Assembly: GCA_046563655.1 (NCBI GenBank)
Contig: CM102290.1
Span: 2,914,001-2,978,000 of the forward strand
Direction of reading: 5' to 3'
Length of the DNA: 64,000 nt
Source: Yuukianura sp. NJ FZ-2021
Lineage: Eukaryota
This document shows, in pieces, positions 46,636 through 59,694 of this stretch. The notes beneath the pieces were generated by a model that saw only the letters and a list, made by a program, of their open reading frames with translations, did no database searches and was not told where the DNA came from. Numbering within the stretch: position 1 is the first letter of the stretch; each line of letters starts with the position of its first letter. Made by a program: the position numbers and the translations under genes.

Positions 46636-49600
46636 ATGGATGAGACTGTGCCGTCGGCATCGTCGGCTGTCTGTCAACCGCAAGCAAATGAAATCGTTCC
46701 AGTGTCTGTTGCATGTCCAACGCCCACTCCAGGCACTCCAAGCAAAAATTTAGCGGAAAAGTCACTTCTTCGTCGCTTCATTCCACCGACGCTGGAGAGG
46801 TAAGAACAGATTTTCTCCAGAACTTATATTTTATGGACAAATGAAAAAGGGTTGGGCGGGCAGTGGGATATTTGAACGGTCGCCGCTAGCTAGGATTCGT
46901 CTAGCGGTTTTAAAATTCAGTGTACGTAAGCTAACGGTTTCCGCCGCTGCAAGTTCTAACGAGGTTTGGAATTTAATTTATACACTCAAGATTATAATCT
47001 TATTCCCAAATAATGTTTGAGACTCTAAACTACCATAATTTTCTCCCGCTTGTTTACTCTCGTTTTTTTTTTCAAAATTTTATAGAATTTCGTAGCAAAC
47101 AAAACGCGAAGTACACACGTTGCACGCGGCGCACGGCTTTGTATTAAAGTAATTTTAACAAGACCTAGCCAAGGCACTTTTAAAACACAGAAGAAAGATT
47201 TTTTTTTAAAAAAAGGTAGCTTTCTTTTTACTTTCACTTTTCTTGGAAGCGTTAAACCCAGAGTTGAACAATTTGAATTTTGAAAACATGATTTTGAAAA
47301 ATTTTGAATGTTGAAACTGAGAACCTGGTTTAAGATAAATCTGGATTCTAACCGAGTGAACCTGCACTGCTAAGAAGTACAGAAGAGAAAAATTGAGTAA
47401 AAATGAAAAAAGGTTTCCTTAAAGACCTCAATATAGTTCCGAGAAAGTATAATAAAGGGCTCATATAATGCCCATGGAATCTTCATTTAGTCTGCATATA
47501 AATCCGCTTTTCTTTCATTTCTTTCCTGTTTTCTCCCAAGTCCACCAATGTTTTCTTCTCGGAAGCGGATCCAATCTTCTGCCTACACAAGTAGGCAGCA
47601 GAGCTTTCACTTCCTTTTCCTCTCTATACCCGTTTTTTCTTTGAAACTTTTCCTTCCATTGGACTCAAGGTTCCAATTCCCAAAGAAGAAAGACAAATAC
47701 AAGAGAAAATTGAACGAAAGCGAGAAGCCAGCGGGGAGGAAAAATGAGCTCAATCCATGCAATTACGCATAATTGGAACTATTCAGCTTACATTTTTTGA
47801 CCTCTATAAAATAAAAACAATTTTGGAAGACAGAAGCAGAATGTAAGAAACGTGTTTTCAAATCTCGCTGAAACTGACTAAAAATATGAACCCTGTTCAA
47901 AATTTTTTCAAAGTACAAGTTAAAGTTGATAAACTTGGTACTAAAATGAAACAAAGCAATTTTTATTGATAAATTTGAAATTGAAAATTGAAATGATTTT
48001 TTACAGTTTGTACTATTAGAGTGAAAAGTTAAAGAAAAGAAAAGAAGAAAAGAAAAGAATAAGTTTTTCTTTAAATTCATTTGTTCTAAAAGTAGTAGCT
48101 TGTTTTTGAATTTTGGTTGTTTTCTTGGAAAGCTGCTTGTCATGACCCGGGTATTTGTGTGTCCTACTCGGAGGATTTAATCATAAACATTATTTATGAA
48201 ATAGGAATTATGTTGGGCATGTCCCACATGCACAAAAACTTGCGAGTCAGTCACGAACTTTCTCTTTTTAAGCTGAAAGAAAACTTTTTAGAACATTCTC
48301 TTATTTTCTTATTTGTTTAGACAATAAGTTGAAAATGGAACACAGTTTTTGAACTTTGTCACGACTCTTTTATGTTCATAAACTTAATATAAAAAGCACT
48401 CTCCGAAAATTAATTTTTCTGCTGCGTCTTAAAGAAAGTAGTACGATATGGGTTGAAGGATTCAAATAAATGCTAAGGTAAAATTTCAACAATAGAAGAA
48501 GTTTCAATTTTTACTCCGCATAAAAATTTGTTATTCGGTAGTTTTGGGTACATGAAGACGAAAAGTGCCCTAAAGCAATTCAATTTTAGCTACATTTAAT
48601 TTTCTGCTAATAAAAAGCAAGGATGGAAACAGTGTATTAGAGAGTAATTGCAAACCGAAATATAAAGCAAAATATAAATATAGATTCTGTATTCATATTC
48701 TATATTTTGAAATATGGAAATGCCACACTTATTGCGCAATTTACACGAAAAAAAATCACAAATATGAGTTATATGAATGCGAAACTCGTGTTAAACTCTG
48801 GAAGAAAAATTGTCCCCCTAATTTTTCCGATTGGAATGAAAATTTGGGGGATGGTCGTCCCCTACGGGATAGCTCGAACTCCCCTGTTGGTCATTTGACA
48901 TTTGACCTCTCCGTTTGGCGATCACGGGGGTGAAATTGGGAACTCTTGCCAACCGCGTTGTTTCGTCAATTGTTAACCGATTGTCATCGGACTGACTGGT
49001 GGCAATCGAAAGCTATTTATATTATCTAAACCCTTTTTCAATGGTTTTGTGATTTGTGGTCATTGACCTCTGAGGTCACCGCGTGACCTTATGACAGACA
49101 ACCCCATGCAAGCAATATCTTGTCGGAAATGGCTTGATAAGCTGATTCAGAACATATATAAATTTATAGAAGAATTTCTGAAAGAATTGAAGAAATGATA
49201 AACTGCGCAGTTTGTGCGCAGGTTTTCCGCAGTTTATGCATAAACTCTATAAAGTGAGTTGCACTTACTCTCTATTACTTATCCCCTTATGGAATTACTT
49301 GGGAATCCCCATGCTTCGACGTTTGTTGACTTTGATTTTCTTTGACAGATTGAGTAGTACCAAGTGTTTTTTTCGATTACCCTGATTACATAATGTACTA
49401 TTATTTTCCGGAAATGCACGGGGTGAAGCCACAATAAATGCATGGCTTGCGCAGACGCAGCGCCTATTCCTTACAAAACATGCCCATACCACCAAAAACC
49501 TTCAAATCCCCGGTAATTTGGGGATATCCCAATTCCCCAGCGGGAATCATGAAATGCCCGGGGAAAAGCCAACACTGAAAGTTAATCATGTCTAAAGTGT

Positions 49601-52600
49601 TTTTTTTTCGATGAGCAAAGAAAAGACTATGAGCTTTCAACTCCGAAATTAAAATGAGAAAAGCAAAGAGAGTCTTCCAGAGCTTCTTCTAATTTCCTTT
49701 TCTGGAAAAAATGTTCTTTGTTTAGTTTTCAAGCTGAAGCGACAGAAGTCACCAAGTTGCAGGGACTATTAAGTAAAAACTGAAATTCATTTGTAATGCT
49801 AAAAAGTACACATAAAGGTGTAACCTGCTCCTGAAAGTGACTGAACAGATGATAAATGAAACGAAAAATGAACGTTTCCTCAATTTTGAATTTTCCTGAA
49901 AACAATATTCTTGAAAAGTGTGACTGCCGATAGTTAGTTTTTTATAACATAATCGCTGAACACCCAAAATCCATTATCCTGGACGTTCTTGAAGGGGAGA
50001 GACTCGGGGCACTTAAAATGTCAATTTGAAACAATGGAACTGAACAGTCTTTTGAACAAACTCCAAACCCAGTCCCTTAAGGGACAAACTACTCAAGCAT
50101 TTTTGCATCCCTTGAGGATTTTCTGTTTTGAAGATTTTCCTTCCTTTTACCGTTATTGAATTATTGGCTGTTAGTTCTTGTTTTTAAATATAAAATCGTA
50201 AGACTGAAAAACAAAACTGAAAACTTTCGATTTTAAAAAACAGAACTCAATTTTTTGAAGCCGAGTTTTTCGTGATTTTAGAAAATCTATTCAAAAATTC
50301 GTGACAGTATTAGCCAGTGCACAACAAAAAATCTTAAGAGAAGATTAGATTTAGTATTAACCCTGTGATGCGAAAATCTTAACAAAAGAAAAATAGTAGA
50401 TGGAACCACTAATAAGTTGTATATTTTCTTTTGTGCTGACTGAACAAAAGTGTAGGTTTTTACATGGAGGATTTATGCTTCCCGTCCGGAATTGGATATT
50501 TCCCGACTAATTTTAATACAAATTTCCTGGAAGCATAGATTTTAATCTCGTTCAAACTAATTGGATTACCTTTACCCTAATACATTTATCATATCCCATT
50601 TCTCGTATTTTGAGTCATAGTGAAACCAGACAACTCCCTTCAATTTAATGAATTGCTAATTGGAAATATCTATTTCCCTTGACCTAGTTTAATTTTCAAA
50701 AAAAATTGTATCGTTCAATTAAAAATAAAAAATGAGGAATTATGAATTAATTGAAATGAAAAAGAGCCTTTACACAAAATGAACAAAACCTGAGTGGAGT
50801 GACTGCGAAGCTTAGTTAATAATTCGAGCATTCCGTATGCCGTAGCCTAACCTTAACATCTAATGAATACTTTATGTTCTCATAGGAACCTTTTTAGCCT
50901 AACATTATGCCCAAGGTTATGCTTAAGGTTATGTTTGTTAGAGTTAAAAGTGAAAGGAGAAAGCTCTTTTCTCTTTAGACAAAACATGTTTTGTTCTAAA
51001 TATAAGTCCATGGCCTTATGCGTTGTTGTAAATTAATTGAATGATTTCCTACTGTTGACTTGTTCTAAATATAAACATTTTAGACAAGAAGTGACGTTCT
51101 GAACATTGTATCATTATTTTTGTTATCTAAACAACGCAATGGTGTTTGCCAGTGCGCGCAGTATCGCCTCAAGTACTATACTAAAGTAATGCTCATATTT
51201 TTGGATCCAAAATCTGCCGACTTTCTGCCATAAAATCCTTCATTTACGACCGGGTGAGGCCTCAGATAGGATTTCAAAGGTCAGACAGCTACTGACTGAC
51301 CAGAAGCCGATGTTCCTCTGCTTGCTTTAAGTTCCGGCCTCACTCACCTGCCGAACATTTCCGTGAACGCATCGGCGTAACTTGAGTGAAAAGTCACGAT
51401 TTTCACTTTTAAAACTTCAAAATTTGTAAAACTCCACAATCACTTTTTACATGAAAACTTTCACGTTGAGGGTAAACTTAAGTTTCAAGTTACTGAGGAA
51501 AAGTTCATGGATCTATTAGTGTCTGTTGCATCGAAATTCTTGACACAATGGAATCTAAAGAATCTTCGAGTGAAATGTGAGTGAAACATTCCTCGAAATA
51601 GTTTCAACAGAAACAAAGAATAAAGTTTGAAGCGGAAGTAAATGTTTCGAATAGTTTCAAAATTGAAGTTGAAGAGAAAGTGAAATTATTGAGTGCCAAC
51701 AGGTAAGTTAAATACTCTGAAAAAGAATTTAATTGTTATTTTTTGATGATTTTTAGGAAACATAGCAGCGGAGATTTACAAAGTCGACTCAAAACACGAA
51801 AAATTCTTGGTGTAGGCGAAACTGACAATGGTGACATTCATCGCTCCAAGGTAAAACTTTCACTTCATTGGATTTTATCGAGCATTTGGGAAAAAAAGTT
51901 TCTGCCAAGCATTCATGCAAACCCATTTTCAAAATGTTAAGCTATTCACAATCAATTTTCTGAATCCAAAATGATATTCTTTTAGTGAAGAACACATATA
52001 CACCCACTTCGCGAGTTTCAAATTGTTCGATTTCCAAAGTTAATATTTACTACTCCTCAGTCCAATAGAAAAATGAGTCCAATGAGATGAAGCATGTCAA
52101 AATTCATTTGTTTTTTCGGAAATCACAATTTCATTTGTGACAAAGAGAAAATGAATTACAGCTAGCGGTTTAATTTTTGTTTCCACAAATTATCATCTCT
52201 GCCTCAACTGCAAATAGGATCAACCTGGAATAAGGCCAAATCATGTTTTCTCTTTTACTAAAGCGTTTGTTTGGTCTTAAGCGAACAAGAGCCAGCGGAG
52301 ATGAAAAGAGTTTAGCCAAGTACAAAAGAAAAACCGCAGTCTTCATCTAATCAGCTTTTGACATTAATTTGACCTCATTCTCTCCTTCCCTCCTGCTCTC
52401 TTTGACCCCACTTTCACCCTGGAGAAAGTCAATTTCGTGTAATACAATCCTATGGAATTGACTTTCAAATTTAACTCCATTTCCCGCTTCAAAAGGTTTT
52501 TCTATTCAAACGTCTAAAAATACTACTGTATTCAGTTACATTGAACAATAAAACAGAAAAGGAAAAAGAGAAAGCGGCGTCGATTCAGATGTAAAGGTTT

Positions 52601-55481
52601 TAAATTCTTCTGAAGGAATTCAGAGCACGTTAAACAACTTAAAAAAAATATGGAATGAATATTTCTCCGAAAAATTGGTTTTGAACTTTCAAAAATTTTG
52701 TGTTAAAAAATGTCGTTTCTCTAGATCTCTCAAGTCCTTGGTCACAATGAGCATCTTTATACGCGAATGCCTAAAGGCTACTGGACGTGGCACACTTTCC
52801 TTACTTTCATATTGACGCTCCAAGCGTTTCTCATCATTTGCTTTCCACTAACGGCATACGACCTAGGAATCCTTGGCTATGGTGAACTCAACACAAATCC
52901 AGTCAGTCGCAGGTACTACGCAGCAGCTCTACTTGGTAAGCCCAAAATACAATACAGTACATTCTCTAAATAAGCAACTAAAAACCTCAAACCTTTCTCC
53001 ATTTCTTTTCAATGAGGCCTCAGTGCAGCCTTAAAGGAAGCCTGAGGCCCCGACAAGAAAAGGAGAAAGAGCTGAGGTTTTTAGTTGCATATTTAGAGAA
53101 TTAGGTGTAACATACAAAAATACAAACACAATTTTAAATGATCTTCTCTTGGGAAAACTCCCGTTGCAAAAATAATTAGCACTATGTGTTTAATCTGATT
53201 AAAAAAAAACGAGTTACATAAAATACTGTTTCAACTAAAAACTGTCTGGCTTTTCCAAGTAGCCCAAATGTCAAAGGTGAGACGAAACAGAAGTATCAAA
53301 AAATCAGCAAATAGGTCATCCTGATTTACCAGGGATGTCAAACATATTTAGTTTCCATGCCTGTAATGTTAAAAAAAAATATTCCAGGGGTATTTGTTGC
53401 TAAATATTTATTTATTTGCTTATGCCCGTGATGTTAAATAAGCAAATATTTGGGCGATTTCTTAAAAACATATTTTTTTTGTCCATATTTCGGGGGGTTT
53501 TTAGAACATATTTTTGACAACCCATGTATTTAAAAAAAAAACGATGAAGTTTGTTTTTCAGCCAGGGAAGGAAATAATGAAAAGGAATTGGATTTCTAGC
53601 TAGGAAATGTGTCGTTTCCATTGAAACTAGCCTAACATAAATACTGAACTTTACTGCTAAGGCTAATGCCTTCAAAAACCTATAGTGTATGTTTTTACTG
53701 TTCGTTTTGACTGCCGTAACCTAATGAGTTAGGTTGAGTGTGAGAAGTAACTACCGTAGGGAACTTGTATATGTAATAAGGTGCGGGGAAGTTTAGGTTA
53801 ATAATAGGTTAAAGAATCCATAAACTTTGTGTCATGATTGTAATGGATTGCTTTCTCCGCCTTGCTGCTTGTGAGAGAAAGCATATGGAATGGACTGGAG
53901 GAAGGAAGTATGGCTATGCAAATCAACAGGGATTGAGTCAGAACTGGTGATGTGGAACCTTAATCCCGTTTGGGTTCTAGAAGGACTTTGTGAAAGGGGG
54001 CCCTTGGAACTTTCCCTTGCAGCGTCAGACTATGTTAGGTTTGTTATGTATACAGCTAGAATCCCTGGACTTAGGCTTGAGTCCAACGTGACAACTGTCT
54101 CTCTTGGTAACTCTGAATAGGAGTCCACAGTTATGAATTATGGATTTGAACTGGCTCAACAAAGCTTCATCATGGCACGTCCAAATCCACAACACTTCCG
54201 GCACAGACGACACTTCCAGTCATCATCTCCTCTGCTCACTAAATGTTAAGGGAACCACTTTTTCAAAACCCCGGAAAACGGAAGTGACTTTAATGGAAAT
54301 GGAAAGCTCTCCATCTTCTCCCACAAACTTTTCTTCAACTCAATTCTACATCAATTTTTTTTTGAAAATACTTCCTTTTACGTTACGACTTTCCTCCCTA
54401 AGGTTAGGGTTAGACTTTCTCCGTCTCGAACGGAAATGGACCTACTATGGAGAGAGACTTTAATGGACTCCCTCATTGCTTTCCAATGCCAAAGAATTAA
54501 CCCATAAAAATCTTCTGCTCGAACTGTTATTTAGCCTTCTTTTAGACAACTAAGTCTTGGAGAAAGCTGAAAGTCCATGGAGAAATGTCTAATCCAATAT
54601 TGCAGAAGAACTGTGCAGAGTCAATAGCGTGTCTATTCTACTTAAGTTTTGTCGTCATTCTGAGAAAGTCAGTTCTGCAAGGCTCCTCATTTACAATCCC
54701 TTTTCCAAACACACAAAGTTTTTCCTTTCAATTAAAGATCTCAAACAAAGGAAAAGTTCAAGGATTGACTCGGTGTAGAGAGGAAGTTTTTTTGAAATTG
54801 AACAAAAGCCAGGGGAGATTAAAGAGTGAAGCTGGAGAGAGCATGGAAACTGCGTTCTAACATGACCTAGAAACATAATCTAACTTTTCATAGTCCGACT
54901 GTCTTCAGTACTAACTAATCATTTCTATGTCTAAAAGAGAGAAAAAAAAGTTAAGAAAATTTCGAAAGAAAAAATTCTAACATTAATTAAATTTTATTCT
55001 ATATAGGATTTTCTAGGACTCTAATTTTTTTGCACATTTTAGACTACTAAAATTTTAGTAAAATTTTTCTGTTTTTTTTTTTGTTTTAGGCTTTTCCTTT
55101 ATCCTCTGGAAGTTTTTGTACTTGAATGACAAAACCGTGATGAGAGTAATTCAGTACGGATCTGGAATTTTGTTTGGATCGCATATCTGCGTCGACGTTG
55201 TCCAAATCCTGGATAATGGATTTCCAATATTTTTGGAAACGATGGTAAGCTTGGCAGGAGTCGACGGGTTGAAAGGCTTTTGAGTACATGCCCTTTTCTC
55301 CCAAAATTTTTCTTTTTCAAAAAATAACTTTCATTTTTTCTTGTGTAGGTCCTAGTGATGATGTTTGCAAAAATCGGACTCTGTGCAGGATGTATTCTGT
55401 TTTGGAGAAAAATTGGAGCAGCTACTTCAGGACTCAGGAAATCACCTTCTTACAAAGACTTGGACGACGGAGGAAACCTGA
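46636..55481 (+). CDS. TP53I11 (PIG11)-like membrane protein. Exons approx. 46636-46799, 51757-51849, 52725-52935, 55090-55244, 55349-55481
   Basis: [41 protein letters not shown] matches the TP53I11 N-terminal signature and is followed by four hydrophobic helices. The first exon is chosen by phase-2 compatibility and is less certain. Confidence 0.82.
49320..49577. mobile_element. Composite transposon remnant: inverted partial P-like MITE end plus a hAT-like end
   Basis: gtttgttgactttgattttctttgacagattgagta is the reverse complement of the 3450-family right end. The segment ends in ccaacactg. Confidence 0.55.
52961..53101. repeat. Palindromic (hairpin) element in a TP53I11 intron
   Basis: attctctaaataagcaactaaaaacctca..ctttctcc..ggcctcag pairs with ctgaggcc..ggagaaag..tgaggtttttagttgcatatttagagaat. 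Confidence 0.8.
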
Positions 55482-56823
55482 ACAAAGGAAAAAGAGAATA
55501 ATTTTTTTCAAAAAATTGAAAATTTTTGAAAATTTGGGTTTGCAGAATCTCAGTATTCGACAGTTCTAAAGGATCATTGTCATTTTAGAACCAAATACTA
55601 TGTGAATACAGCTAAGAGTAAACTTAATGTACTATTTTCACCTGATTTGACAAAGTGGAGCAGCACTTTCGCTACTTTTGCTTTCACTTTCACTTTAGTG
55701 GGCGAAAACAATGCATCACTTTAGTCATTCACAAAGTTGCAATTTGTGTTTGTTGCTACTTTTTAGTAAGTTTTGACTCAAAGTGATATTAATAGAAATC
55801 GTTAACAAAAGAAACTTTTCCTTTCAGTTTTGTTATATTCAATTACGGGTTTGTTTGAAACAATTTTCTAAAGCATGCACAGCAGCTTTCTTCTTGTTCC
55901 TTGAACAATTTTTCGTGGGAATGAACTGGTGCAGAAATGGCGTCAGTATTATCCAGAAAGTGCCAGAAGATGATACTTGGATTCAAACTGAAAATTAAAA
56001 CGGGAAAGTGTTAATTAAAAAATGTAGAGACTAATTAATTAGGATATGAAGATCTGTAAAAATTTAGTCCGTAAGTGCTAATTTATTTAAGGGAACATGT
56101 CTTAATGGTGCTAAAATGTGCGTTGCTTGATCCTCTCTGAATTGGAGTTTCCAATTAGCCAATTTAAGTTATAATTTATGTAATTAATCGGGAGACAAAT
56201 TGTACTAAACTCCAGTCAAGGGGAGAAAGCAAGATTAAGCAACACAAAAGAGCTTTACAATTACATAATATTACCAACTAAATGTGTAACGATTTACAAA
56301 AATAAAATCAACGTATGTCGTTTGATCACAGAGGGAACTTTTAAGGAAATCACACTCTCTGTTACATTGACTTTGAAGGATTAGTTAGTTAACTTTTAAC
56401 ACTCTGAGATTCGTCGTTTTAGCTGAATTACACTTTAACATTTTAAAGCATTTTGAAGTTGGTACAGATGTGGAAAAGAAAAAAATCGGTGATTATCGTA
56501 ATGTTTCTCCACAAATTGCTTTTTGAATTGGCCTTTGTCTGGTTGAGGAACGATATGTTAGAATTACTATGTATGGCACGTCATATTGCACAGAAGATGA
56601 GGTAATATCAATTTGTTGAAACCGATCTGCTACTGTGTACATCGTTCTATACATTCTACTTCTACATTTACATTAAACACAAAACGACTCTAAGCATATA
56701 ATTAACATTACCTCGTGACAGATAGGCTAGCTGTAAAACACTCCTGGTTAGAAGAATTAATGAATTATTAACAATTTGCGAGCATTCTAGGCCAATGGAC
56801 CGAGCGAAAGTAATAAGTTTAGT

Positions 56824-57393
56824 TTAAGGTGGCAGAGCCTGAAAGTACTTGGGAGAAATCCTGGGAAATCCTATTCGAATTTCATCCTTGTCCGATGTGA
56901 CTCTGTAGATTGGAAGTCTTTTGTTTGATTGATGACCAGGAAAGATACAATCCCCAGTGGCGATGTTAAACTTCCACTGATGCCATGGACATTTGATGCA
57001 AGGAGATTTATCGGGTAGCTCTTCTATGTCACCCAATTCAAGGGGTCCACCTGAACAAAATGGAGAAACGTTTTTTAGCTAAAGATTTGGAACCAAATAA
57101 CACTACGTGCAGTGAAAACTCTGATTACGAACCTTGATGTGGACATTTCTCCTGAAAGGCATAGATGTGTCCCTTGTCATAAACTAGCAAAATGTCTTCC
57201 TCATTGATAGAGATTTTCTTTCGCTGCTCTTTACGCAGACCTAAATGGAACAATAAGATGTAAACTTTACAATTACTGGAACCAATCAATATCATTTGTC
57301 ATTTCGTTATGCTTTATTACCCGACTTGGTAATATTAGGAACTTTCATATAGATCAGATCATCGTCTTTTGGTGTCCCGGCTGCACTACCCAT
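56824..57393 (-). CDS. Small Rieske [2Fe-2S] domain protein (RFESD-like), 3 coding exons
   Basis: CPHQ/GGPL and CPWHQWKF provide the CxH...CxxH ligands. Exons approx. 57393-57321, 57240-57133, 57050-56824. Confidence 0.9.
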
Positions 57394-58232
57394 GATGACA
57401 ACTCAACGACCTTAATTCTCCAACGACCTGTAGGTTTTAAATATAACATTAATCGGGATGATTGATGATTTACTGTGACAGTCAAAGTTTGACTTGACAC
57501 GTAACATTAACTGTGCCAAACAACTGACAGTTTACTTGAGTAAGTTAACCTTAAACCATCGTGGAATTCAAGAAATCAATAATCAGTATCTTACCATACA
57601 CAGTGACAGTAGTGAGTGGTCCAACTCATACGATTTTGTAGTTCAATGGGCAATTTAGCAGTTTTCAGCCCGGAAACCTCATAAAGGTTAAGGAGTTTGA
57701 CCCACCAAGCCAACGGACAGCAATGGAAGAAGAGTCGATAAGTCAGAATTATTAATCATAACACCAGATACTAAACTAAATGAAGAAAGTTATGTTTGGC
57801 TGTTGGAGTGGATTTAAGAATGGCAAAAGACAGACTACACTTGACAGGTCGCCGTGCAAGGAACGAGACGCAGACAGAGAAATAAAATTGCAATTTTTTG
57901 GAAATGTCAAAAGTAAAAAGTGCATTCCCGCCGATGTATTTTTTTTTGAATGGAAAGTTGGTACCGAAACCAATCATGGCTCCGCAATGTAAAAATCAAA
58001 TTAATTCTGAAACAATTATTCCACTAACAAATAACAACAATTAAAATAATATTTACTTATTCTCGAAAGTTGTTCCATTAAGAATGCCATTCAACACTAA
58101 TGTTTGGAAAATGAAGGAAGCTGCGATGAGGGTAAAGGGTAGTACATCCTTCTCCGTTCAAAACGTTTGGTTTTGTAAGAACGATTCCTTTTATTGACAA
58201 ATAAAGGTAAAACAATTGGTTAGTTGCTAAAC

Positions 58233-59083
58233 TTAAGCCACGAATTCGTAGGGGATGGGTTGGAGAAGTTCGGGCAGATTCCCCTGTGTTCGGACGACGT
58301 GGCCTGGTCGAGGCTGAGATGGCTGCGGAAAGCACAGGAAAAACGAAATTAATATTCTGGGACTTTCACTCTACCCATAGTTTCTTTTAAATAAAGTTTA
58401 AACGTGTTAGCACCTGTCGCTTGCAAACAACTCTAACTCCGTTCTTCTTGGCTTCCAGCTTCAGTGCCTCGTTATCCTTCACTCTGTCAAGGAAATCCTG
58501 TCTGCATTTTGAGTGGCTAACGTGCTCCACTCGGATGTTGATTCTAATAAGGTCGTGCAAAATAATTTAAGTTACTTCGTACATATGCGTTGGACGATGC
58601 ACTAGCTTTATACGATTGACAACCAATGTTACCTCTTGGCAAGAATCTTTCCACGGATGCGCTTGTTTACGACGACTCCAAGGGCTCTTGGAGTAACGTT
58701 ATAAACGCGTCCGGTCTTTCCGTGATAATATTTGTGAGGCATTCCCTTCTGAACTGCTCCATTACCCTGTAAACAGGTTATAACCCATTAGATCCAGAAA
58801 ATGAGACTACCTTAAACAACTAACTTATGACTTCACTCGTAACGACTCTAACTCCGAAAGTCATATTTTAAGTAAATGGCCGAACCACCAATAACTGGCT
58901 AGATCACATGCACCATTAAGTAAAGACATTTCCAAAACTACTACAATCACTAACCTTGATGTCAACAATGTCGCCGACTTTGTACACTTTCATGTACGTT
59001 CCAAGAGGAATGACTCCCTTGGTCCGGAACCGGCGAGAGAACAAGTCTCTCGTAGATCGTCGATATCCTTTGCTGTTCGTCAT
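58233..59083 (-). CDS. RpL21: 60S ribosomal protein L21 (eL21), 4 coding exons
   Basis: [82 protein letters not shown]. Confidence 0.97.
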
Positions 59084-59309
59084 CTTTGCTTAATACCTGT
59101 ACAAATAACGGTGTTAAAATAACGAATGTTACAAATCTAAGACCGATTAACTAATTAGAAATGAGCTAAGGAGTGAATTACTTGTAGCAATCACCACGAG
59201 GAGGACAGATGGAGGAACACAAAATGTTAGCCGAAAGACAGGAGCAAAACCACCCGGTTCGCCTCTAGAGGACACGCTCAACACCAAACTCCAACTTCAC
59301 TTAAAGAAG

Positions 59310-59694
59310 CAGTGTTGACAACGTTATGTAAAATCTAAAATCATGCGTTACGGTTCGTAATGCATGTTATTTTCGGAACTACTAATTTTAATACTTTATT
59401 TTTCAAAAGTAACGACCTTAATGCTCACCTAAGGAATAAAAACTAGTAAATTGAGTTGTTGAGATTACAGTGCTACGCAGCATATGTATATCTAACGTAA
59501 AACTACAAAAAAAAATGCAATTTGTTGAAAAATACTTATCTTCACAGTGAAACATGCGTATAAGTATGCTTCGTCAGTTTTTTCAGCACCACTTACAAGT
59601 TACAACATGTTCGGCAGGTTATAAACCAATAAATAAGTGAAGCAAAGAATACTCATTCATAATTGACTCTGCGGATTTAAACGTGGCAACCCTG
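59310..59694. mobile_element. hAT-like MITE between the divergent RpL21 and USP12/46 5' ends
   Basis: TIRs cagtgttgacaacgtt / aacgtggcaaccctg with degenerate 8-bp flanks taaagaag / taaaatag. Confidence 0.55.

Noticed and set aside
44072..48320. Several F/K/L-rich ORFs
   Set aside because: They are translations of poly-A/poly-T intronic sequence.
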